Positions 1 through 13,769 of a DNA stretch of 64,000 bases are shown piece after piece; the first letter of the stretch is position 1; each line of letters opens with the position of its first letter. The notes beneath the pieces are model-generated. The model was given only the letters and a program-made list of their open reading frames with translations, searched no databases and was not told where the DNA came from. Source of the stretch: the human T2T-CHM13v2.0 reference genome, Homo sapiens; assembly GCF_009914755.1 (NCBI RefSeq), contig NC_060928.1, one strand, 5' to 3'. The translations under genes and the position numbers were made by a program.

Positions 1-2289
1 TATACTAAATTGTTGTATTAAAAGAAAATAATCTGTTTACTTATTAATAGGCTTTAAATTATTCTGGGACTGAGACTGATGGATTATTTAGGCAGATAGA
101 GTTTCAGTGATATTAGCTTAACCTTCTATAAGATTAAGAAATGGAATTATACATGCTGGGTGTTCAACTTTATCCCTTTGTTGCCCGGGAGGCCATATTT
201 ATCTTCTCTGCTTCCCATGATACCCCCACTGAAATAGAGAACATGGTCCTATGAGTCTCTTGCTTGGTATTTAACACAGGCTTGAAGAGAGATTGCTGAC
301 ATACTCCAAGTAACCTTTGTGCATCCAGGCCCAACAGTGGTCAGAAAGAAATAATTACAGCTACTTCAAAGTGATTAAAAGCAGTTCTGAACAGAGGGGA
401 AAAATCATCCTAATTGTGCCCTAGGGAAGAACTGCTTCAGAGGTATACTTATGATTGCTTTGAAGCAAAAGTAACTACTTTGGCCCTCTCAGCAGGCTTC
501 ACTAAGTAGAAATGTATAAGCTCTCAGGGACTCAAGGGAGAGAATAAGCTGAATACCTAGTATGAGCATTGATTTCTTAATCTCATGAGGTAAACCCCTG
601 CAGAACATGATGCACAAACAAACCGTGTGATTTCAACTGAGTGACCCACTGCATTAAAACTAAATTAGACCAATGTCTATGAGCTACACGAAATGAATGT
701 CCTTCTAAAGAAGGCAATGGCTTAATTTAAAATTCTGCCTAAAGGTTTCTCTGCTAAAAATAATCAAATAGAATAGATCTTATGTTTTCTGTTTAATTTA
801 AAGTAACATCAGATGAATATAATAATTAACCAGTAGTGATTACACATTTTGAAAGTGTAATATTTCAATAATATTTACTTTCTCAAAACTATAAAAAAGG
901 TAAAATTTGTCACCCAGCTGTATTCTGGTGTCTGGAAGAAGCATGTATCTACTACATTTAACTTACTGCCAAGCAATGAATGAAAAACAGGAGAAGTGTC
1001 AATGCAAATAGACTTGATGGTCTGAATTCCCTTAATTAGTGGTTATTTTCATTCTGACCTGCATCTTTTTTATTTAGAAATACATAAATGATGGTGTGTT
1101 CTAAACTCAAGCTGCTATATATACAAAAATTACATATACAAGCAGTAAATATATCTGCTATTTGACTGTAATAGCAAGAGTCAAGACTTGTCTCATCAGG
1201 AATGCTCTTAAATATAAACACTTAGATTAAACAATATTTTAAATGCTCCTTAATATATATAATTTTTACTCAGTTTATTAATAACTCATCATAAACATGC
1301 TAAATGTACACAATTGCTGATTTTAAAATAAAGTTCACAAGTGTTAAAAATGTTGAGATTGTTATATGTCTTATCTTTAAAAGGCAAAATTTTAATTTTT
1401 GTACATCTTTTGTTTTATATTTTACAAAATAATTGTCTTAAAATAAAAATTGTTTTTAATTAAACTCTAAAATATGACCATATGTATTACAAATATACAT
1501 TCCAGAAAACTAGTTAAATGTACAACTTTAAAATTACATGTAGATGGTTTACATCTTCCTGTCTTAATTGTTGAGACAAATGAGAAATATGCATGGAGAA
1601 GATGGAAGTGAGTTACATTGGATTTGTATATAAATGACTATTTATTTACATGAGCGATTGAGCCATGACTGCTGCAATCTATAATCACATATTCCATGTT
1701 ATCAGTACAACTTGTTTGTTTGTTTTACTATTTTTCTGGAAAGGTTAAATATTACTCTGCTTTAGTACAAAAAACAAAAGAACCAAACAAACCCATAGTA
1801 TAACAGAATTATAAGTCAGAAGAATAGAATAGTATTTGTTTGTTTGTTTTGCATTCTCTAATGACTATGCAATTATCTCTTATTTAAGTTTATTTTTTTA
1901 TTTCTCAGCAAATGCTAACAGGATAATACATGTAAATGGAATATACTACTTTTTTTTCTTCCTCAAATTTTTACTAGATGTTGACTGCTATGTTAGACCA
2001 TATGGTGTAAAAAAAGATTTCATTTTAGCATGCTACAATATGTTGTATTCAAAGACTAAGAAAAGCAAAGTTGCATGTAAAGGTCATAAAATTGCTGGAA
2101 TGTACTATATGGAAAAAGAAGTTGTTACTAAGTCATCTCATGAATGTAAAGATGTATATTTTAATATGTGCACTAAATAAAATAGATTTAAATTTTCTTA
2201 AAGATGCATTCTTCATGCAAAAAATATCATAATAAAACAAGCAGAATGGCAAACTGGATATTTAGGTCTCAAAAGGAACATTTAAGTGT

Positions 2290-3000
2290 TTGGGTCCACT
2301 CACACATTTAATAAAATTTATTGATTACCTACAATATAGTAACCACAGGGTAGAATGATGTACAAACTCAGAATCAGTTCTCCAGGGGCTTATAATCTAC
2401 TAATGGTGGTTTTAGACATATAGTCAAATAACCATAAAAATGCAGTAGGTTCTATTTTTAGTAGACATTTGAAAGTGATGTCCTGTGGGCCTGGAGAAGA
2501 AAGCACTTAACTCTGCATAATAATTCAGAAAAGACTTCCCAGAGGAACTATCATTTCAGCTATAAGTTTTGTTTCCATTATTCAATACTCCCAAAATGCC
2601 AAATCTATATGTCCATAACTTTAATACAAAAAAAAGAATAATTTCACAGCTTTCACTCCTGCACCCCACACAATCCATTTATGTAAAAAGTGATCTTTTC
2701 AAAATGTTGATCAAAACAAAGCATTCTCTTGATTAAAATATTTGTAGTCACTGACCATCACACTGTGGTCTGTAAGGCTGAACATGCACCACATCCTTAA
2801 TGATTCTGTGTACTCATCTTTTGTCAATCTTCTCATTTTCTCTACTCTAGACATGTCTTTTCTACTCTTATTTAATGTACTTGAAGGCATTTAATCAAGA
2901 CATTCACACATCTAAATTCCTCACTTTATTCCAGTATCTCCCTAAATGTAATTTTGTGGGAAAAGACTTTCCTGATCTTCCTATAAAAATTGCATTCCCT
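2290..3000. mobile_element. Degraded L2 fragments (probably two pieces in opposite orientations)
   Basis: L2-like motifs 'aaatttattgattacctac...gcttataatcta' and 'ctttcctgatcttccta'; highly diverged, boundaries approximate. Confidence 0.45.
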
Positions 3001-3007
3001 AGCTTAG

Positions 3008-3700
3008 TGTAGTAAGATAATAATAATAAATCATTTGTCTTTATTCCCAATTCCTGGCACATATCTTCTAAATTCTTGGTGTCCGTAAGTGATAGGAGTG
3101 TCTTTCATATGATGGTGAGATGATTCCTGGTGAAGCTTTAGATAGATTCAAAATGTCAGCTGGTGGTCAGAAAGGCCGAGCCATGATCAGATGTTAGGAA
3201 ATTTCAACCTCAACCCCTCTGGGGAGATGGGAGGGATTGGATATAGAGTTTAATCACTAATGGCCCATCATTTAAACAGTCATGACTACATAATGAAACC
3301 TCCATAAAGAAACCCTAAACATCAGACTTAGAGATTCCATTTTTGAACATGTAGAGTGCTGGGAGGGTAGTATAGCCATCCCCTACCCCCATTCCTTATC
3401 CTATGCATGTCCTCTATTTTTCTATCATGAGTTGTGATTTTTATAATAACTAGTAAATGTAATAAAGTGTTTTCTTGAGTTATATGAATCATTCTAGGAA
3501 AATAGAACCTTAGGAGATGATCACAGAAATCCCCAATTTATAGCCTGTCAGAAGTATAGGTGTCCCAGGACTTAAACTGGTGTCTAAAGTGGGAGCAGTC
3601 TTGTAGGACAGAGCCCTTCACCTGTGGGGTCTGTGCTAATACCAGATAGTATTGGAACTAAATTGAATGGTGGGATACCAAGTTGGTGTCAGAGAATAGC
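3008..3700 (+). mobile_element. MER21-family LTR (MER21B/C-like)
   Basis: 'aattcctggcaca...gtgataggagtgtcttt', 'tttaatcactaatggc', 'aatgaaacctccataaa', 'gttggtgtcagagaat' match my recall of the MER21 consensus. Confidence 0.7.
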
Positions 3701-3866
3701 AAATCTATTTATGATGTATTTCTATTAATCTGCTCTATTTCCTCCATAGTACTTAAACTTATTCCTACCTAAAATCATAGTAAAAATAATTGTCTTCCAC
3801 TGTCCCATGATGACAAGTGATGTTTCTCTATTGCTTATCACGGAATCCCTAAAACTGAAGTAGTAA

Positions 3867-4297
3867 TGATATGTTTTGTATCGGTCCCTGCATCCAAATC
3901 TCCTGTCAAATTGTAATCCACAATATTGGAAGTGGGGCCTTGTGGAAGGTGATTGGATCATGGCAGTAGTTCCTCATGGATGGTTTAGCACCATCCTGTT
4001 GGTGCTGTTCTCGTGATAGTGAGTTCTCATGACCTGGTTTTAACCTGGTTGTTAAAATTGTGCAGCACCTCCCACCTCACCCCCTCTCTTGTTCCTGCAC
4101 CAGCCATATGACGTGCCTGTTCCCCCTTTACCTTCTTTCAGGATTCTAAGTTTCCTGGCACCTCCCCAGAAGCCAAGCAGATGCCAGCATCATGCTTTCT
4201 GTACAGCTGTGGCACTTTGAGCCAATTAAACCGCTTTTCTTTATAAATTACACAGTCTCAGGTATTTCTTTATGCAATGCAAGAATGGACTAATACA
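3867..4297 (+). mobile_element. MST (MSTB-like) MaLR solo LTR
   Basis: Starts TGATATG, contains 'gtgattggatcatgg' and 'gagccaattaaacc..ttttctttataaattac', ends 'aatggactaataca'. Confidence 0.9.
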
Positions 4298-5239
4298 ATT
4301 ACCTTGCACACATTACACGTGCAATAAAATTTACAAATTCATAAATGAATAAATGTGTTTTTGACATTTGGGGATGGACTAGTACATTGGTTTTTATTAT
4401 TGTTCACATACGATATAATGAATAAATTAAAAATATATATGCTTTGCAAGGTTGCATTAGTCTTGTGAAGAAATATTATCAAATGAAGAAACATAAATGA
4501 AGAGATATTAAGTAAACCAACTAACAAAGAATCAAAACTAACACAAGAAACAAACTAGAAAAGTCAAATATCAGGCAAATGATATTATGTGTTCCCTAAT
4601 GCCAGAAAGTTCTTTTTTTTTTCATTTTGTGTTTTATTATACAAAGTCTATTTTTTGCAGTGAAATAAAAATTGTGTGGCTTTCCTTCTTGTTTGCTTAC
4701 AAGCTGTAAGCTCTAAGCATCTCAGCAGGCTTTAGTTGCAAAAACGAAAGGAGTAAATTCCCCCCCATATGGTTTTTGCATTATCCATATGAGGGTAATC
4801 AAACAAACCATCCAGGGAAATCAAAAGAATCAGCTGGAGACTTCTTTTTGCCACAAGTGAACAGACCAGCTCAAACAGTATGCTCCTATAAGATGACATT
4901 TTGCAGAGCTGGTTTTATTCTCCTGAAAATTAGAATCTTTTTATGAAAAAAAACCATATATTTAAAAGTATTAGGGCAGTTTATCTATAAATATACTATT
5001 TAAATGTAACTAAAATATTTTAAAGATATATTTTTTTACCAAATTTTCTCTACAACAGACCAAAGCTCACCAGCAAAATTCGAGTTCTTTATATACTTAG
5101 TGAATATTTTCCATTTTTCTAACCAACTGCAGGGACTGTTAACAAAAAATAATAAATTAAGTGATAATTCTAATACTAGTTTTCCACATAATTCTGAAAT
5201 GAAAAATTTACTAGATAGTCAATATGGAAAAGTGGACAC

Positions 5240-6915
5240 AGCAGAATAAAGGCTGATATCATCCAAAATGAAAGAGCACAGAGGAAAAACTTCAGTAAAA
5301 ATGAACACACTTCAGTGGCTTCTGGGGAAACAGCAAACAGATGAAAATATAATTGTATTCCCCCAAAATGGAAGAAACAATAAGGTAAGATAACCTTTGA
5401 AGAGTTATTTCTGAAGTTCTGATAAACTTGGCAAAAAACCCACAAACTTGGAGAAGCAAAAAGACCAAAGACACACACACACACACACAAAAAAAAATGA
5501 AGAAAAATGTACCTATACAAACCATTGTCAAAATGATAAAAGTGAAGCAAACAAACAAAAATTTGAAAGAAGTCAGGTAAGCATATTTCATTTAGCAGAA
5601 GAAATATGTCTACAATAGCAGACATTTTCAGAAGCAACAGAGGCTATAAAGCAATGGAATTATATACTTAATGTGCTTAAAAGAAAAAAAAAACCTGGTA
5701 AACCAAGATTCTGTATCTAATGAAAATATCCTTCAAAAATCAGTGGAAAAAAAAGTAAATAAAACTTCTTCAAATAAACAAAAGCTAAGAGAATTTGACA
5801 CCAATTGACCAGCAGCATAAGACTGCTAAATAATTTTTTTCCAGAATGAAAGAAGATGGTATTAAATAAAAATGTGGATTTGTGGAAACAAAATACATGA
5901 GCTAAATAACTGAAGAAAAAATAGTTATATTTCATGCTCCAGTTTTTAGTAAACATACATGTAAAATTTGTGACAAGCATATCATGAATATCAGAAATAG
6001 TAAATGGAATTACACTATTCTAAGGTTCTTATATTTTATATGAAGTAGAGCTATCTTAAAGTCTATATAGATTCTGATGTATTAATAATGCATATTGTAG
6101 CCACTAGAGCAACTACTTAAAACAATCCAAAGAGATGTAGCTAAAAAAGTAATTAGAGGAATTAAAAGGGTATATGAAAAATATTTAATTAACACAAGGC
6201 AAGAAATCAAGAAGAGAATAATTAAATTAGATGGGACAAAAAGAAAATATATAGCACAATAAGAGCAATTAAACTGAATAATGTGAATAATTTCATTAAA
6301 TACAAATGGACTAAGCATTCCAAACAAACATATAGAAGTGCACAGCACAATACATGTTGTCTACCAAAGAAAAACTTTATAATGCCATTGATAGGATTAA
6401 AGTAAATTGACGGAGAAAATATACATAGTCAAACAGTGTACATCGGAAGACCATTGTGCCTATACACTATTAATATTAGACAATGTACACCTCAAAAAGA
6501 GAGTGTTATCAAAAATAAAGAGGAATATCTTATAATGTTAAAAATATTACTCAGAAAGACATACACTTCTAAATGTGTCACAACCAAACTACATGAAGCA
6601 AAATCTGGTAAAAGTAAAAGAAAATGAGCAAATCCACTATCAAAACTGGAGTTTTTTTACTCATTTGGTAATAGATACTTCAACTCAAAAAGAACACACA
6701 CAAAAAACACTAAGGATATAGAAGAATCAACCTAATAAATGTTTGTACATCAGTAACATAACAAATTCAAAATACTTTCTTTTCAGGGACACAGAAAATT
6801 CACCAACATAGACCACATTCTGGGTCTTAAAATATATCTCTACATATTTGAAAAGATTGAAAGCTTACAGAATGTGTTCTTTGACCACAACGAAATTAAA
6901 TTTGAAAACATCACA
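5240..6915 (+). mobile_element. Ancient L1M fragment: ORF1 C-terminus, spacer, ORF2 endonuclease (dead)
   Basis: ORF1 end 'agattctgtatct..aaaatatccttcaaaaat..aaacaaaagctaagagaattt' (RILYPAK..KQKLREF-like); EN motifs 'catagaccacattctggg' (IDHIL) and 'ttctttgaccacaacgaaattaaa' (FSDHN..IK-like); many stops and frameshifts. Confidence 0.85.
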
Positions 6916-7823
6916 ACATTTTTTTTGCCCTATCTTTCTGTCCCTTTGTAATCAGAATTGATTTGATAAAGACAACGTTAGTTACTACAGGAGTCCTAAA
7001 ATAAATTTTAAAACATTCAGACAGAGAAATGCCCTGCAAACATAAAAAAGACAAGGTTTTCTGGTGGTTTATCTCATTCTTATAAGAAGCACCTTACAAA
7101 AAGGGAAACTTCACAACACTAAGAACTTAAGCACACTATTGTTGCCCGTAAGGAACAAGCAGTTACTCTCCAAGCTATTTTCTGGTTGTCACAACAAACA
7201 TGGAAAATAGACCCATTCAGCAAGGTTTCATAGACTCCTTCTGGCCAATAGCCTAAATGATACTTTTCTTATTTTCTTCAGTAGACACAATATTTGGAGG
7301 GCAGGGGAAGAGTGGGTAGTAGAAATGAAAAAACAGAAATATGAGTTTTACAATTTTTCCTTTCTGACGTTTAAATATTTGAACATTGACCAGTCTTACA
7401 GATTCATTTTTAATGTCCACCTATCTCAGCTATCAATTGCATGATCTAAAAAAAAGAGTAAGTTTACCAAAATTTTATTTACTTCTTAAATAATAAACAA
7501 TATATTTTATTTTTGAACTGTCATTTATTTTGAACTTTGAATTTATTTTTGAATGACAAATCCATTCAAATGTTTAATCATGTTTCACAGACATCAATTC
7601 TACACAAATATTGCAAGTATGCCTTATATTTCTGATTGCTAAGATGGGCTTTGTATTAAAACATTGTGACACGAAGAAATTTCATATCTCCTTATTTTAA
7701 ACACGTAGACACACTCCAAGGAGCTCCAAATCATGCTAAAACAGAGAACATAATCAAATTTGTGTCAATCAGATTTTCTGGCTGTATGGACATAATTACT
7801 ATTATCTTACTGTTTTTCAATAA

Positions 7824-8142
<319 letters not shown>

Positions 8143-8589
8143 AATAAAGGAAATAATATTTGTAATATTAATATATACCCTATGCATAGCAGTTTTATCT
8201 AAATGATTTTTTTATTGGTAGCTGAATTTTTTACAAAGCAAAATATGTTTGTTTTAATTTTCTAGTTATACATGCCTAAAAGATTGTGATTAAAACATTC
8301 TGTGCTTATTGGATGGAGACTTGGGAACTTGCTGCTGTATAGGCTCCAGAAAATTCAGGATTTTGCAAGGTTTGTAAAAGATAGCTATGGGAAGACTGTT
8401 TTTGGATTGCCCATTTGTCCCAATTCTGTACTGTGACTGTTCACTCAGGATTGTTTAATCTGTTTCTCTCTCTCCACATAAACACACACATATGTACACA
8501 TTTAATATATTTAAAATTACCTTTTTCAAACTCAAATTCTTAAGAATAAATGAATACTCAGAAAGTAAATCCAGTGAATATGAAAAAAG

Positions 8590-8930
8590 AATACAAAAGA
8601 CTGGGAAATTATTTTTAATTCAGTATCATTATAAGTTAAAAATTAATTACAATGAAAATGATCACTTTGGTATAATTAAGAAAAGTGACAATAAATATTG
8701 GAGAATGGGTATGAGTGCTAGACTTTTCATATACTTCTTGGGAATGATAAACTAACAGCTGTCTTGAGGATCACTTTGGTTAAATGTATAAAATATGTTC
8801 AAAATGTAGAATTTTTGTCATAGTATTGATATCTAATGAGAATTTATTCATAACAAATCATCACATGGACAAATAGCAATGAACTTATGTTTACAGGAAT
8901 GTTAATTGTAATGCCATAAAATAGAAATTA
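8590..8930 (+). mobile_element. Old L1ME-type ORF2 3' fragment
   Basis: 'aagaaaagtgacaataaatattggagaatgg...cttttcatatacttcttgggaatg' resembles the L1 ORF2 3' end; very diverged. Confidence 0.5.
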
Positions 8931-8982
8931 TATTAGTGCTCAGTAGTTTTTGTCTTTGTTTTAATAAATTCAGGTACATTTT

Positions 8983-9123
8983 ATTTTTAATTTTTAAAGA
9001 TTTTGAAGAGTTGGGGTCTCACCATGTTTCCCAGGCTGATCTCAAACTCCTGGCCTCAAACAATCTTCCTGCCTGGGCGGCCCAAAGTGCTGGGGTTACA
9101 GGCATGAGCCACCACACCCAGTC
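8983..9123 (-). mobile_element. FLAM (free left Alu monomer)
   Basis: Left-arm Alu sequence on the minus strand; TSD caggtacatttt at 8971-8982 and 9124-9135. Confidence 0.9.
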
Positions 9124-11419
9124 CAGGTACATTTTTAATGCAATACTATTAAATGAGATAGAGTTGTTAAAATGAAAATGCATTTATGAGATTTTATATT
9201 TTTATGATCTCATACATAAGCCACATGCGAACACATAAATAGGAGGAACATGGATCCTAGTTGGCCCTGGTTAGTCGTGCTTTATGCTTGTTTCACTAGC
9301 ATAATTAAAAGCACTCTCAGGTTATTCTATTTTACAATATAAATTTGATGGTAAATCTATGTATAAAAAATACATAACACTTATTTTTAAATGGTACCAT
9401 TACTCATGATTACTTTCTTTTCAACCTTTTTTGCATTTTATCTTTTTCCACAGTAAAATTTATTACTAGTATGAGAAGAATAATGCATTTGTTTTGCCAT
9501 ATAAACTCTTCCTGCTGTGAAATGTTAGTTCTCTGGGGTGAGTTCTCTCCTTTTTTCTTCTCTGTGAGGCATAGCCTAGTTTCACCCTTGTTAGATCAGC
9601 CTCCAAAGTAGAGAGGTTTGATGCAATTCAAAGTAAGTCAAAAAACTCATACAAAAACGTATCTGATCTTCTGGTAATTAATATCAGCCATAGATTGCCC
9701 ACATTGAAAGAAGCTTAGAAAATATGTGATTTTATCTAAAATGAAAATTCAATTAAAGATTTGAAGATGACCTCAAAAAAAAAAAAACAAACAAAGTCAG
9801 TCACTGGATGGCAATAGGGAAACAAAGAAACCCTAAGTTCATAAATCTTTCCCCCTACTTGTGAGGCATCTTTTTATCTTAATTATAAGTTAAAAGAATG
9901 CGTATATGTGATTTAACATTGTAAATTTAACTTTTGGAGAGTGTGCTGATCGGCATATATTCTTATATGGGAAAAATAAAATAAAATTCTCCTAGTCCTC
10001 AGATATTTTTGTTTGTTTGACTTGTGTTTATTCTTGATCTATATATTGGCTTCCAGATATACCCAATTTCCTTAGTTTCTAATCTAGTTATTATGAGGTT
10101 GGGTTTTATGGATTCATGTTTAATATCACATTAGAAAACATTTACATGAGTTGAGGAAATACCAAATAAAAAGCAGGTGGTAAAAGTAAACAAGGAAAGT
10201 ACTTTATGAATTTACACATCTCTTCTTTCATTCAAATATATATTTTTAAATGCCTAAATGTGGATATTTGTGATTTTTTTTTATTCTCTGGGGTTCAAAA
10301 GATGCAAGCAATAGAAGCTGTGCCTTCGTATGTCTCAAAATCCAATGGAGTACTTTAGGTCTCTATTATGGCATACATTATGTTCATGCAGGATTGCCTG
10401 GAGTATATTATGTATATGCAGGATGTAGAAACCGTACAACTTCTACTGAACATATTTATAGTAGATGAAATACTAGAAATAAGATAAGCTAGCTAACATC
10501 TCTTATCCTGTAAGAAATTTAATTCAATAGAAATCTAAACTTCACCAAAGTGAAAGAAGGGGCTTAAAAGAAAATGTTTCTTTTCTAAAAATAAAATGTT
10601 CCCTGGTATTAATTATTTCAAGGCCCAACATACATAATTCAGCAAAAGTTAATGACATCTAGTAATAAACACAATTTTGTGAGGGGTTGCTATATATTTT
10701 CTACCTTTCCATGTATTCTTGTATTGAGTTTGTAGGCAATTCCAAAGCCCCTTGTATATTTCAGCACTGAGAGTGAAAAATAACTGAATCAAAGAAGTCA
10801 AGTTAAATTTCCTTGTGAAGCCACTAGAGAAAATTACTGTGAATCATTTTTCAAATTTCAAATAAAAATATAACCAATGAGTTGAATTAAAAATTGCTGA
10901 CATATAACTAGTCTCTCTCCTATTGGCTAGGCTATAGTAACTATGTTCCATGTTTTCTCATTATCTTGATATGGCTCTTATTATTTTATAAAATATGTGA
11001 TTTTTTGAAAATGAAATATCAGCTACTCATCAGGTTCTGATAATATATGTAATAACATAGTTTCTAGCTGAAATCCATCCAATCATTCCTGATAGCTGCA
11101 GCATATTCTGCAACTTTCTGCTGAATACAATACTATATTTAATAGTAACACCACGTCTTGTAAATTTATAAGATAAAATAAAAAATAAAAAAACTTTACA
11201 CAGGATGTAGGCTATTTCTCTTTCACTTTGCTTTTGTTTTCAGCATAAATATAACTAAACATTTAAAATTTTCAATTAAAGGCTATCAGTGAGGTTATCT
11301 TAATTGAATGTAAAATTTGTTGGTTTAAATTTGTTGAAAGGAAAAACTATTAAAATTTTAACTCTATAATTGTATATCAATTCAGTATAGTGATAATACT
11401 AACTTTTTTCACCACTGAT

Positions 11420-11852
11420 CTGATTGCTATTGTTGTATAACAGAAACACTCCAAAACTTCTGTCACTTTTGTTTCCTCTTTGTTATGTCTAGAGCTTCAG
11501 GTGGGATTATACGAAATCTGAAACCATCTAGGCTGGAATAACTTAAAGATTCAACTCAGCTAGAATTCTCCATCAGAACCTTTATACAAAACTTTTCCTT
11601 GTGGCTTGAAACCCTCAGAAGATGTTAGTCTTAAGATAGTCAAACATCTTACAGCTAGGGCTACAGCGTGAACCCAAGATGAGGCAGGAGCTATATGGCT
11701 TTTTATTACTTAGCCTTGGAAGTCTTGTAACTTCTATTACTCTCTATTGCTTGCAACAGTTATAGTGCACCCACACACAAGGGCAGGAGACACAGACACT
11801 GCCTCTCAATGATAGGTCAGTATATTTGCAGGTAATTGTTTAAAAAGCCACA
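11420..11852 (-). mobile_element. MLT1 (G/H-like) MaLR LTR
   Basis: 'ctattgttgtataaca..actccaaaact', 'atggctttttattacttagccttggaagtc', ends 'tttaaaaagccaca' (reverse complement of TGTGG..TTTTAAA). Confidence 0.7.
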
Positions 11853-11944
11853 ATTTTAAAATAATTATTTCCTTTAGATTTTGCAGCCACATACTGAGGA
11901 AAAATTGTCAGAATTAGTAGAATAGGTAAAACTGATAAGGAATT

Positions 11945-12027
11945 TCAGAGATTGTAAAATTCAACCTACCGTATTTACATGTGGGAAAGCTAAAGACAAG
12001 AGAAAGAACATTACTCACCTTTGGGTC
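11945..12027 (-). mobile_element. MIR fragment, continuing at ~13345-13380 beyond the MLT2 insertion
   Basis: 'atttacatgtgggaaagctaaagacaagagaaag' and later 'gttggtagagcaaagactataaactaaatctcct' resemble the MIR core. Confidence 0.5.
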
Positions 12028-12157
12028 TAGATAGATAGATACATACATACATACATATGTATTAACTGTTAATAACAATTAAATGTTAATAACATTAACT
12101 GTTATTTTATTTTATAATTTTATTAACAATAAAATTAACTGTTAATAACAATTAAAC

Positions 12158-13247
12158 AGTTAATTTTAGGTGTCAACTTGGCTGGATTAAGGGATACCCA
12201 GATATCTGGTAAAGCATTATTTCTGGGTATGTCTGTGAGGGTGTTTCTGAGACAGGTTGGCATTTGAATCAGCAGACTGAGGAAGGAAGATTCACCCTAA
12301 CCAATGTGGGTGGCCACCACCCAATTTGGGTCCAAACAGAACAAAAAAGCAGAGTGAAGGCAAATTTGTTCTGTCATTTTCTGGGATTCAGATATCTTTT
12401 TTCTGCCCTTGGACATTAGAACTATAGGTTTCTCAACCTTTGGACTCTAGGAATTGCACTAGTGGCTCTCATATTCTCAGGCCTTCAGGCTCAAACTAAG
12501 GGTTATATCATTGGTTTTCCCAGTTCTGAGGCCTTTGGAAATGAATTGAGCCATGTTACCAGCTTCCCTGGCTCTCCAGTTTGCATATAGCCTATCAGGG
12601 AACTTGTCAGTCTCCATAATTGTATGAACCAATTCCCCTAATAAATCCCTCTCATATCTATCTATGTGTGTATATATGTGTTATACACTGGGTATAGGTA
12701 TATATGAATCATGATACACATGATCCATCATATATATATCCATATTTACATATATATGAAACTATACACTTGACATTAGAACAAGGCATGTTTAAAATAC
12801 ACATCCGCTCATACATAAATTTTCTTACCTCTGAGATAGTAAGACCAACCCCTCCTCTTCCACCTCCTCCTCAGCCTACTCAATATGAAGATGAGGAGGA
12901 TGAAGACTTTTATGATAATACGCTTCCACTTAATTAATACTAAATACATTTTTTCTTTGTTGAGATTTTTTAACAGCATTTTCCTTTTTCATTTTTTTAC
13001 TTCATTCTAAGAATACAGTGTGTAATACATATAGCACACAAAATGTATGCTAATCAACTGTTTATGTTATAGATAATGCTTCTGGTAAACAGTTGGCTAT
13101 CAGTAGTTAAGTTTTTGAGGACTCAAAAGTCATGCATTGATTTTTGACTGTGTGGGGGGTTCCGCATCCCTACCCCTGTGTTGCTCAAGGGTCAGTTGTA
13201 TATAAATCCTACTTCTGTTGTTTCTCCAGGGAATCACGACTAATAAA
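12158..13247 (+). mobile_element. MLT2B-like ERVL LTR, interrupted by Tigger2a
   Basis: 'gttaattttaggtgtcaacttggctggattaagggatacccagat' at the 5' end; 'ccaattcccctaataaatccctctc'; 3' end 'tttctccagggaatcacgactaata' resumes after 13200. Confidence 0.9.
12767..13198 (+). mobile_element. Tigger2a (MER28) non-autonomous DNA transposon
   Basis: TIRs cacttgacattagaacaa / ttgctcaagggtcagttg; TA TSD at 12765-66 and 13199-200; internal 'agaccaacccctcctcttcc..cagcctactcaa'. Confidence 0.92.
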
Positions 13248-13276
13248 GATGGATGGATGGGTGAATAGACAGATGA

Positions 13277-13323
<47 letters not shown>

Positions 13324-13343
13324 TGTAGACAGATGATAGATAA
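13248..13343 (+). repeat. (GATG)n/(GATA)n microsatellite with perfect (ATAG)11 at 13277-13320
   Basis: Read directly from the sequence. Confidence 0.97.
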
Positions 13344-13769
13344 GTTGGTAGAGCAAAGACTATAAACTAAATCTCCTAATATTTTGGGAGCTATATATTA
13401 TTTGGATTTCACAGATTACATCCTTAATAATGTTATTTCCAGTATCTGAACTGCCTTGAGTGAGGAAGCTGATCACATAATTGGCAAAATAGTGATGTCT
13501 TTCCTTGTACCAAGCTCATTTTATCAAATCACTTAGTCAGCATTCCTATAGATAATAACAATGTACTTATTTATTATTCATAAGGCCTTTGTGTTTCTTT
13601 TTAACAATTAAGGATACTTTAGTTCTTTAACATCATTTGTGCATCCAGCCCAGGTGGAATAATAGGAACCAAATATACTGTCCCACATAAACAAATAATC
13701 AGAAAGATTAAAGTTATAATCTGTGGTATTCAAGTTCTACACAGGGTTTCCACTCAAGTTTTCATCACA

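Noticed and set aside
1836-2180. 114-aa ORF in unique sequence
   Set aside because: Non-ATG start, F/Y/K-biased AT-rich translation, no recognisable domain or exon structure.
5176-5637. 153-aa hydrophobic minus-strand ORF
   Set aside because: Antisense of A-rich L1 ORF1 plus a (CA)n tract.
12704-12937. ORF with poly-Pro and acidic run
   Set aside because: Native Tigger2a internal sequence.
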